Below, piece by piece: positions 1-10,967 of a stretch of DNA of 64,000 bases. A model generated the notes under the pieces. It was given only the letters and a program-made list of their open reading frames with translations. It was not told where the DNA came from and searched no databases. Source of the DNA: Takakia lepidozioides. Lineage: Eukaryota; Plantae; Bryophyta. Positions within the stretch are counted from its first letter, which is position 1, and each line of letters starts with the position of its first letter. The DNA is taken from the NCBI GenBank assembly GCA_030704615.1, contig CM060733.1, forward strand, positions 47,120,001-47,184,000. The letters run 5' to 3'. The position numbers and the translations under genes are program-made.

Positions 1-1051
1 GGCTCGTACACACAGCCCACCACGAAACTCTCAACGTCAACAAGGTGCTCACTCACAAAGGTTTGCTACTCGGAAACAGTAAACCGTGAGGACACGGCTT
101 TTTGAGGGGGGAAGGGGTAATGTTAGAGGACTGTAGGGGACTTAGACACTTATACGGGATCTGTAGGGTACCCTTAATTTTTGCACAGACTGAGACCAAC
201 AGGAGCCTTAGGGGTGACAGCAGCGCACTGTAGAGGGGGGTTACATAGCCCACACAGCCGACACAGCAGTCACAGGCCACACAGCCAACACAGCCCGTCA
301 CAGTCGTCACAGCCCACACAGCCCGTCACAGTCGTCACAGCAGACACAGCCCACACAGCCCACACAGCCAGTCACAGCCCGGCACAGCCACACAGCCAGT
401 CACAGCCAAACACAGCCAGTCACCGCTTGACACAGCTGTCACGATAATAGGGAACGAAGAGTAGGACAGGGAACGACTGTGGGGAACAACACCTGTGAAG
501 GGAACATGTTAGTTCACATACGACGGTTAGAGAGGGAAACGGTTAGAACCGCGGATAGGAGGATAAAGGGAGAAACGGGGAATGAAGGAGGATCATTATT
601 CGGAGGGGGACTTCGGAGTCAGGCAGGAGATGGAGAGCACGATGAAGGAGGAAAGAGGATTAGTAGATGCTTGTTATATGCAAAGCGGTAGTGATATTGT
701 AGAGCAGATTAGAGACATAATGGCTTCGGCCTGATACCTGATAAATCATAATCTGATACTTATACGATACAATCACACTGTGTAGAGAGATCTGAGAGAA
801 GCTGTGGATTGAATGGATGAGTGAAGGAAACCGATAGATTGATGAAGCAACTGATACTTAATTATCAATGCCAAAGGTAGCTAAGATGAATGCGAAAAGG
901 GAAACGCATAGGAAACACCCCCATGATACACTAGCTGTAGGTCATGACTGATTGTTCTGCGCGGGCTGAGTACTTAGAGATTTCCAACTCTTCTATCTTG
1001 GAGTTTCCGCCTCGGATAGCGAAGGGATGGGTGAGTAAAAGCCGCGCGACA
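1..1051 (-). mobile_element. LTR-like repeat, copy A (continues beyond window start)
   Basis: Position 1 aligns with ~3170 (ggctcgtacac...ggtgctcactcacaaaggtttgct) and similarity continues to a shared right end ...gagtaaaagccgcgcgACA, i.e. 5'-TGTCG on the minus strand like an LTR terminus. Contains a CACAGC-rich low-complexity tract (~245-440). No gag/pol seen. Confidence 0.5.
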
Positions 1052-1055
1052 GTTC

Positions 1056-1434
1056 ATGCAAGCTGTAGAATTATACTGTAGGGCAGATTAGAGTCACCAT
1101 GGCATTGGCCTGATACCTGATTAATCGTAATCTGATACTTATTCGATACAATCGCACTGTGTAGAGAGACATGAGTGAAGCTGTGGAATGAATGCATGAT
1201 TAACTGGAACTTAGTAGATACTGAAGCAATCTGATGCTTCAGTATACACGGTAAGGTAAATTGATAACATGAAGGCAAGAAGGAATACAAATAGGAAGCA
1301 CAACCATGATTCACTAGCTGCACGTCATGACTGATTGTTTTGAGCGGGCTGAGTGCTTAGAGATATCCAACTCTTCTATCTTGGAGTTTCCACCTCGGAT
1401 AGCGAAGGGATGGATGAGTAAAAGCCGCTCGACA
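1056..1434 (-). mobile_element. LTR-like repeat, partial copy B (apparently interrupted by copy A)
   Basis: Highly similar to ~3940-4314 and ~678-1051. It starts mid-repeat right after the end of copy A and ends ...aaaagccgctcgACA, directly followed by a PPR fragment. Confidence 0.5.
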
Positions 1435-1512
1435 ATGTGGTGTCGTGGAGTGCGATGGTTGCAGGATATGCACAGCAAGGGCGCGGGATGGAGGCTTTGG
1501 AGTCCTATGAGC
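1435..1512 (+). pseudogene. PLS-class PPR gene fragment
   Basis: Encodes VVSWSAMVAGYAQQGRG; nearly identical to 18901-18978. Confidence 0.6.
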
Positions 1513-3169
1513 ACCTTCTTCAACACATTTCAACCTGTTTTCCCTATTATCAGAGTCGTCCCTAGATTTTCAGGTTGAATTCTGCAAGTTAGTTTGTTGG
1601 TGCAAAAAGGTGAATGCTTATTGGAAGCGCAAGTCAGCATAGGAACTTGTGTGATAAGTAGGGTTAGGGTGTTTGCTGGAACACATCTAGGCTGTCATTG
1701 TGAGCTGCTAGCAGCAAGGCAAGGATGTGTGCATAATTTGTGCAGAGGCAGAGATAGCTGAAGGAGCAGGGATAGAGAGTGGGTCCAGATTCATCCAAGA
1801 GGGCCAGATTTCAAGCACAATATTACTTATGATTCCATGTGGATCAATAGCTACAAGAAATCTGCATGGATAGATGGTCAACTGGATGCCACAGCAGCAG
1901 CGGCACAACTAATATTTTAATCAAGGCACCTTCTTCAACACATTTCACCCTATTTTTCCCTCTTATCAGAATCGGCCCTAAATTTCCATGTTGAATTCCG
2001 CAAGTTAGCTGGTTGAGTGAATGTAGTTTCGAGTGCAAGCCTCAATTTCCCAGGAGTTGTGCATTTAGTCATACATAAGATTTTAGGTGGAGGATAGGTT
2101 GTTAGTCTGAATGGGATAGACGTGAGAGCCGAATGCAGCCTTCCATTGTTGTGATCACGCATGCAGGAAGGGTGGGTTACGCCAACCTCAAAAACTCCCC
2201 CTCCCCACGACGACTCCCTTGTAAGTCCCTTCACCTCTTTACGATATTTATTGGTCCCAAACTATGCCTTTCTGAAATTAGTCATTGCATTGTTCCTCTT
2301 GCACATGATTGTCATGTAAAAACCTATTTTGGGGGGATTTCTGCTGCTAAAACATCTTTGCTTCTCTTCGTGGCCAGAAGGTCATTGTTGTTGGTATTTA
2401 TGAGTATGGCAACTAGAAAGAATTGACGGATGCCCAGGACCATGATGACTCTCGATTGCACAAGAACCACCTGTCTCCTCCCTTGTCTTACACCACCTTC
2501 TTTTGTGGCACTCTGGAAAGGATTGAAGGGCTCTCACATGTGATGGAAACTGTCCTGAATCATGGGGCAAAGGGCCAAGTGTAGGATTGTCTTTTGCCTC
2601 AGTTCTCACTCTACCACAAAGAAGTCTAACTGACTACACGGGTACAAGTATTTGGGTGGAAGAAGAAAATTTTGACATTGCGCAAGAGCCTGGAACACGA
2701 TTTACATTTGAAGCTGATTGCAAGGTCAGACCGTCGTGAACATTGGCGAGCGTCCTCTCCATTCTCTGCTGAAGTACACACCTCCTCTTGTTGGGCTGAA
2801 TGTCTTTCAACCTCGACTGCTATTTGTTGTGTGTTTGTTACCAGAATCATCCTTAAAGGAGGAAAGGGAGCCAACCATTATAGGTCTCCCTTTTCAAGTT
2901 TGTGTCATTATCTACTTGGGGTGTATGCTTCATGCTGTTAGATGATGGAGTCCATGTAGGGTTAAGGCTTATCCTTGGAAGCTATAGAATGTGCCAGTGG
3001 TTGGTCCAGCGGACTCTTTTGACATGGCAGAGGACTATGCACTTCAGATGGCAGAGAAGAAATGACGGGGATCTCCTATGCCTGAGAGGTTACTTCGTTA
3101 TCAGCCAAAGGAGGGTCAGACATTTCCAAGTAGTGCTCAATCATCTCCGTCAGCCAGTGACAGGACTCG

Positions 3170-4314
3170 GGCTCGCACACGGAGTCCTTCACGAGACTCT
3201 CACCGTCAGAAGGGTGCTCGCTCACAAAGGTTTGCTAATCCCAAACAGTAAACCGTGAGGACACGGCTTTTTGAGAGGGGGAGGGGTAAATGTTAGAGGG
3301 CTGCTTGGGACTTAGACGCTTTTACGGGTTCTGTGGGGTACCCTTAATTTTTGCGCAAACTGAGACCAACAGGAGCCTTAGGGGTGGCAACAGCAGGCTT
3401 TAGGGGGATTATACAGCCTGACACAGCTTTAGACAGCCCGACACATCTCCACACAGCTTTACACAGTCCGCCACAGTTACGCACAGCTTCACACAGCCCG
3501 TCACAACCAGTCACAGCCGACACAGCTCCACACAGTTTTACACAGTCCGCCACAGTTACGCACAGTTTCACATAGCCCGTCATAGCCAGTCACAGCCGTC
3601 ACAGCTTCGCACAGCCCAACACAGCCCGACACAACTTTACACAGACAGTCACAACTCGGCACAGCTTGACACAGCCTGTCACAGTACACGGGGGACAGTT
3701 ATCATTGACAGGGAAGGACTGTGAGGGAATGACATCTGCAGAGGGAACGTGTTACTTCAGGGATGACGGTTAGTTAGTTAGGTGGTTAGAACAGCTTGCG
3801 GGCAGATAAGGAGAGCGACAACGAAAAGATGATCACTTCACGGGGAGCGCTTCTTGGTCAGGCAGAAGAGGAGATCAGGCGGAGAGCAAGAACGAGAGCA
3901 CAGAGAAGGAGGAAAGATGAACAGTAGATGCTTATTACATGCAAAGCTGTAGTGATACTGTAGGGCAGATTAGAGTCACCATGGCATTGGCCTGATACCT
4001 GATAAATCATAATCTGATACTTATTCGATACAATCACACTGTGTAGAGAGACATGAGTGAAGCTGTGAAATGAATGCATGATTAACTGGAACTAAGTAGA
4101 TACTGAAGCAATCTGATGCTTCAGTATCAGATAAGGTAAATTGATAACATGAAGGCAAGAAGGAATACAAATGGAAAGCACAACCATGATTCACTAGTTG
4201 CAGGTCATGACTGATAGTTTTGAGCGGGCTGAGTGCTTAGAGATATTCAACTCTTCTATCTTGGAGTTTCCACCTCGGATAGCGAAGGGATGGGTTAGTA
4301 AAAGTCGTTCGACA
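3170..4314 (-). mobile_element. LTR-like repeat, copy C (left boundary uncertain, may extend to ~2950)
   Basis: Colinear with 1-1051, including the CACAGC-rich tract (~3410-3685) and the ...gtcgttcgACA end. No TSD identified. Confidence 0.5.
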
Positions 4315-5889
4315 CAGACTATCAAGAACTGCGTACAAGCCATGCTACAATGTCATGCGATTTCAAACGGACAGAAAATATTTCTTGCTCGTGTTTGCTC
4401 TTTCTTATTGCAAATTAGGCCAAAGCGCTTAGAAATTTTTCATAGGCTCTTTGTGCAGGGGAATAGAAAGGATTTCACGTGTGAAGTTTCCTTTGGACAA
4501 AGTTATCGGTTGAATCCCACCTGTTGCCTCCGCGTGAACAGCCTTTTGTGCTGCCATCACAGGTCGATCAGGTTTTTTTCTCTGAATGTTTCAATGAACT
4601 GAGGTGAAATGTGGTGTTGGAAAAAAGCCCCCGGTCACGTAGGGTGGTCAGCGATGTCAGCATTTGCAATGATGATATTGCGAGTGTGTCAGGCCTCTTA
4701 GCCCCTGATCAAATTGAAGAGACCAATGTTGCTGGAAACAGTTTGGGACAGACCATCCAAGTGACACCTGAAAATGTTGCTTCACTATACAGAGACATGG
4801 GATCTGAGGAAGGTCATCCATGTCCCACGGAGAACAATTTCGGTGAAGATACAAAATCAAGTGATGATGAGGACGTGTAGTTCCTGGAATGAGGTATCAC
4901 ATTCCCCAGAACTGCCTATTACAATCTGAAGTATATTAGGGCTTTGTTCACGAGAGGAATGCTTTGTTCAGCCTCAGACGTATATGAAGGGCTATGTTTT
5001 CACATACTAGATGTCTCTTTGGTTCCTTGATTTTTATTAAGGGCTTTGTGAGGCTGACACAAAGGAAGGGTGGGGGTGGGTTTAAGCAGGTGACATTGGT
5101 GGTCGTCAATTGTGATGGCGTGTCATCTGTGGGCTCAGCAATTGTGCACGCAATTCTTGTGCAATTCTCGTATTTTCTGGGAGGTTGAGCTTCATGTCCG
5201 GCCCCCTACATGGATGGGAGACTGCAGGGGGGAGTGAGAAGGGCCCAAAATGGAGAAGCCATACATGTTGGTCGCACATTTTCAGAAGGGGATATTGCTG
5301 GTTTTAGCTACTGGGATGAAGTTGTTGGTGGAATGGAGTGCCAGACCTCGTCATGTGGACAGCATAACAGCAGGCTGTCGGTTTGTGCGCTGAAGGTCCA
5401 CCCACGTTGTTGGGCCATTTTTCTCATGACTTTTGGTAGGTGCCTTGGGACTTGTTTGAACTCTATGGCATGTAGGTCTTATTTCTACCAGCTCGGAGAC
5501 TCTCTCACATTTGGCTGGTCTATTTGCTGCTTGCAGAATGTGTTGCGAGGCAGCAGAAGGAGAAGATACCATGTAGTGGTGGGCTAGAGCAAAGACTACT
5601 GGCTGAAGAAACCACCCTTGTTGAGTATATCTGCTGTATATATATTTTTTTACAATGTAAGTGAAGCACAATTATGTGCTTGGTGCATGGACTGTTCATT
5701 TGTTGCATGTCTTTGTAGTGTCTTATAGGCCATGGTTAATCCATCCTGGCTGAGGTTCTCTCCTCGGGTGGGACACATGATGTTCTCCCCTTGGGTGCGG
5801 TCAATGAGTATTAAGGCTTGAATAGTGGGTGGACGCTATTATCACGGTTACACATGTGTTCTCTTAACTGTCGTATGTAATGTGCCTAC

Positions 5890-6030
5890 CATTTCATGGG
5901 TGTTGTGGAGTGCGATGCTTGCAGGGTATGCACAACAGGGACATGGGATGGAGGCTTTGGAGACCTATGAGCAAATGATGGGGGAAGGGGTTCAGCCCGG
6001 CCACATCATGTTTGTGTGCATTGCAGGCCT
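5890..6030 (+). pseudogene. PLS-class PPR gene fragment
   Basis: Translation VLWSAMLAGYAQQGHGMEALETYEQMMGEGVQPGHIMFVCI is one typical PPR motif, with no extended ORF. Confidence 0.65.
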
Positions 6031-6453
6031 AGCAGCCCTGATTTAAATCAGGCACCTCAACCATCAGCGTAGCTACGGCGTGAGCCCAGCCCCGTGAGCC
6101 TGGGAGCTGAGCTCACGCTTCAGGGAAGCGTGAGCGGCATGAATCTGCTGGAGAAGCAGGTCCTATAGGCGAGGATTGCAGGAAGAGGGCCTATTACCGT
6201 GGACAAAACAAAGGAGGCCACCATGCACCATGTCTGCAATGCGTGCCAAAAAAGAGGAATATGTAAATATGGCAGATTTGAGCTCAGAATGATTGACACA
6301 GTTTATTTCAATCCACAGAGAGACGCTTACAATGAATCGCAAGTGCATTTGCCCTGGTTCCGTGAACGAAATGTATATGTTTGTCATAAAATGAAAAGTC
6401 TTCACACGGCAACCTGGAAACCAGCATGGGAAGCGGGCATGGCTCGTATGTGT

Positions 6454-9400
6454 TCAAAGAGAAGTTGGCGGAGCTCTACGCGAGGTGTCCCGCTGCAGAA
6501 GGGTGATGACTTCTCCGTAGCCTAGTGTGGCTTGGTGAATGAATTGGTCTCTCTTACCGTCGCAACACATAATTACAAGGTATATGTAATATTGATGCTT
6601 GCAGGGGACCCACTTCCCTCTCATGCCGAGAGCGCCCTCACGCATTGTTACAAAATCCAGACAAGTGCACGATGGGAAATTCCCGATGGTAACCTGATAT
6701 TCTTTGGCATGAAGAACTGAGCCAATTGACAGCACTGTGTAAATCCGTCCATACCCCGGGGAAGGGACTTCGGTGATACGAGTCACCCTAGCCTGCAAAA
6801 TTCTAGCCGATTCCATCTTGCATTCGTGATCTGCACCCGAAGCAACACGGCGCACTGTTTTTCCATCTCTTTTTGTTGGGTGGGAGTCGGCACCGGGTGG
6901 AGGCATTGTCGGAGCATGTGGCACATCTGTGCCGACAGTGCATAAGGGCACCACCCGGGACCGTGCAAGACAAAACCCTCCCTCCTCCAGCATGCTTATC
7001 TCGGTTGAGGACAGCGATGTCCCAATTTTCACAGGCCAAATTGCGGGGGGAGGGGGCTTCATTATCACGGAAGGACGAACTGTTCCCTTCACGCATCGTG
7101 CCATATCGTCTGGGCAGAACCAAAACTTGTGCTCTTTTGACTCCCCACTATGGTAAGGTCGGAACAACCCTGTGAATGTTGGAGCTGGAGTCCCCCTGGA
7201 GCCTTTGCATATTTTTGATTTGCATTTCTTGAATGAGGGGGTCCGAATTGCCATGCAAGCCACTCTAGATCCCGGTGGGGTGCGTTCTATATGCCAGTCA
7301 CTATCAATGCAATCAGATTCCTGCACCATGGCCACCACCTCCTCCAATGGGATTTCCGCTGCTATGCTTGCATGTTCTGCACCTGCTCCACAGGAGGAGG
7401 ACCCACCTGGGAAGGGGCCGGCACAGGACTTAGTCTGCACTGGAGACACCTTTGGCACAGAGAAATTGACCCTGTCTGGCCTATGGGAATCTCCATCTGA
7501 CCCTGGAAGAGTGTTTAATTTCCTTTTGCATGATCCAAATCTTTCCTCGCCTTCCAAATGGGGGAGCCTGGATTGCAGAGGGGAGCCTTCAGTGCACCTG
7601 TTTAGAGCTCTGGCCATCTTTGACGGGTCTCCGGACCTACTCGCAGCCCTTAGCATCAACAAAGTCGTATCGGGGCCCTTCCCTCCACCCCGTCCCATCA
7701 GAAAATTGCGGTACCTGGTTTGTTGTGTAAGTGCCCGCACCATGTCATCAGCAGTGGCCACATACAAGTCACGACCTGCTTTGGTAGACTGTTGCATCCA
7801 GGCGTTGTGAACAGTCTCTGCCAAATTACACGATGGCATGTCGGCCAAGTCCTCCAAGGACATGTCCTGCAGGAGGCATTGCATGGAAATGTGAGGAAGG
7901 AAAAGAAATGGTAGAGGTTCTTCAAGTGACAATCGAACAACCCCAAATGAACAGGCACGATGCAAAGTGCAATTTGTGTTTAAGGAAAACTTGTGAGGCT
8001 TACCGTCGTCATGAAAGCTCCCCACTGTCTGTACCTGAAGTGCCAGAAAACCAACCAGTCCTCCAACTCCTTCAGGTGGATACCTGTAGCAGCACCAGAG
8101 GAGAACCACCAAGCCCGGATTGCCTGGTAAGTGCTCTTAGCTTCTCCCATTGAGGTGGCATTCTTGTACTTCAGACAGAGCCTTCTATGCTCCAACTGAA
8201 GGTCAGGGCGAATGCAGCGCTTTGTATGACGTGCCAGAGATTGACTCCAATGGAAGAGGCATGTGCGCTCCCTATTTTCCATTGGGACCCTAGGATCCCC
8301 CGAACCAAACACGCGCCGCACTGCATTGAAATTTGCCTGTGCACTATCAGCCATGAAGCCCGCAAAATTTGTGTTCTGTATTCCATTGCGCTGCATGACG
8401 GCCAGGAGGGAATTCCACATGAGCATCTGGGATTCAGTGTCCTCCGACTGCATATCACAAATTGCTATGGAGAGCACACGCTGGTACGCTGGATCATACA
8501 CATGGCACGCCATGGTTGTCCAACCCTTCACCCGTTTGCAGTGATCAAACATTAACCAACATTTAGCCAAATCTCCTCCAGGTTGCATTCGGCGGACAAT
8601 GCTCACACCACTGCCTTGGCCCACAGCGGACATCTTGAACAAATACACTTTGGACGAGCCCTGGCCAGGGAACATACTGTTTTGAATGAATTCATAGCGA
8701 CTCCTCCGTTTGAGGTCCATAATGTTGTCCATGAATCCAGCAGTGCCTGTGCCCATTCTGAGTGCATTCACCTGGTTTCGAATATTGGGAGAGCTCAACA
8801 CGGAGAAATGGTCCATGACTGCCTCAAGGGAATCTGCATCCAGCATTGGCTGTGTCGCATCCCCTTCACCCAGTATGTGTTTTTCCAGGAATGCCTTGCT
8901 AGCTGCAAGCGCTATAGCAGAAGGTGTTGCACAAGGGGCATTGTGGAACTCTTGCTTCAGTAGATTTCTAGCGATGTCCACGCTATCCCTGCAACTCCCT
9001 TTGGACACAGGATGCTCGTGTGCACCCATATGAATGCAGGCACGAGTCATTGTCTTGCATCGATGTGCCACCTGATACATACGAGCGTGGCAAACAGAAA
9101 CACAGGACGGGGAAAGTTTGCAGAACCTGCACACAAAAGTATTGGTCTTGGGAGGTGCAAGCCCTGGGGTGAAAGGATTCAGGGGCACACCTTCCCACTC
9201 ACTTTCGTTTGGCTGAGCGCTGTTTCTCAGCCGAGGGCAAGAAATATTCAGGCACTTGCAATGCCCAACGCAAACCGACCTCCGAAATTTCAAGCCAATG
9301 TCGTTATGGATGTTCGACGTTTTTGTCCTGCACCAAGGATGTCCGTCATGTTTCTTGTCCATGCCCTGCAGAAGCCCAGCCAGTCCACTGGAAGACGTGG

Positions 9401-10034
9401 GAGGGTTGAGCTCAAACAAGATGTCCCCATCAAACTGAGCTGGCACGTATTGAACCCGTTGCACTGGAAGGGACTCCCAATCAACAAAACGTAGCTCGCT
9501 CTTGCACCCAGGCACACCTGCGAGGGCTTTCAATTTTGGAATGACACTTGTTATCTCTTGCAATTCGTCATCATGCAATAAGGGAGTTTGCACTGGCGGA
9601 GGAATCTCAGAAACATCCTCCGAGGACGAGTCCGAAAGAGTCACGAAGGTAGTGGATGTGCTCACCTCTTGTTTCACAGGAACTGTGCCCTTCTGTTGCA
9701 CGACCGATGCTGCAGTGCCAGGGGTAACGACTGATCCTGCTGATTGTCTTCTCTCTTTTCCAAGGACACGGTATGTTCCTGGAAGGACTCTCCACTTCCT
9801 TCCACACTCGCCAACCAAGGGTTTCTCCAAGTGCCCAGAATCCAAATTCCCATCATCGTCATACACCTCTTTCTGAACAAGCAGAGAACCCAACTCCAGC
9901 GGGAACACTGTAACCAGCTCATCCTCATGAACAACTGCATACCCATCGTCGTCTGCAGTGGCAGTCAGTGGAAGAGTACCTGCATTGGAATGGAATCGAG
10001 CGAGTGCATCTCGCTCCCTCGACATGTTTTCCAT
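6454..10034 (-). CDS. Mutator-type DDE transposase with GCM-like DNA-binding domain and C-terminal SWIM zinc finger (~1150 aa; 5' end uncertain)
   Basis: ORFs 7980-10448 and 6454-8112 join in phase 0 through a GT-AG intron 8003-7867 (ACG|gtaagc ... ctgcag|GAC). Motifs: LMFDHCKR (D1), FMADSAQA (D2), CLFHW (CxxH), CNLAETVH (E), SWIM CTCLDF...CKH, GCM-like PWCRTKTSNIHN...RRSVCVGHCKC...HEHP. No stops or frameshifts. Confidence 0.85.
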
Positions 10035-10967
10035 CACTGAACGAAACTGGCGATTCAGAACGGAATCCCCGAACTGAGAGCCCGTAATTATCGAAAGTGG
10101 AAATACCACCAGCAAACTGAGGTCAACAAGGGTAGCACCAAACCAAAGGCTGCCGGCGATGCATGCCAAGGATGTAGGGATGACGTGCACCTTCACCTCC
10201 CACCAACCAGAAAAACCGTTTTGAAAGACCAGAGCCACAAGAAGCCGTGCTGTTTTTGGATGGAAAACAAACCCTGAAAATGACATGAAACCATCCATTA
10301 TGAAATGACGGCAACAACCCTGGAGAGCAGTAAACAGGAAGATCCGATTGTAATGAGATTGTGTTGCGCCAGAATAGCACAGAACAAACACTGACACTCC
10401 AAGAGATACCTCGCACGAATGTGTGCAACACATGGTCATATCCGACAAAATCCTTTATACCGAATGACCCCATGGGGACGGTCACGGCATAAAAAAAACC
10501 ACAGGGCATGCAGTACAACACACGTGGATGCATATGTGAAGCATAACAATTATTGCGAATCTGGAAGAACTGCTCGGAATTGAAAAAGCACTACATTTCT
10601 ACGGCACATTCGAATTTGAAAGAAGGCAAGGAGGCCGCCATGTATTGGCAGGCGGCGAAGTACATCTGACATATATCGCAAATGCATGCAACGGATGTTC
10701 TTTTTCTTCGGCACTTTATTAGCTGGGTAATACAAAGACGCCAAAATGGATGAATTCCGTTCGCACACAATATCAACACCCGCATCCAAATACGGTTGAC
10801 AACGTCCATTTTTATTTTTGTTACATGCGATACCAGGACTTGTTGCAAACGTCAAACTGGAGAGCTCCAGGGGCATCGTGGGGAGCCCTTGTTTCCAGCG
10901 GAGGAGAAAGAGAAGGAAGTCATTATACTTCACGAGTTCTAGAAACAGGAATAGAGCTAGATATAGA

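Noticed and set aside
53-447. Cys/Val- or His/Ser-rich ORFs (also 3344-3689)
   Set aside because: Translations of the CACAGC low-complexity tract.
4611-5587. Possible exons of an unknown gene
   Set aside because: Coding-like, but I could not build a supported gene model or recognise a domain.
6051-6057. ggcacct at the insertion site matching array variable segments (RNA-guided targeting)
   Set aside because: Only 7 nt; not significant without insertion sites from many copies.
9178-9188. 11-nt match (ttcaggggcac) between class-A variable segments and the transposase gene as a guide-target pair
   Set aside because: A match this short is expected by chance when a 116-bp unit is compared with 12 kb on both strands.
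7172-9876. Plus-strand ORFs over the transposase
   Set aside because: Antisense shadows with no recognisable motifs.
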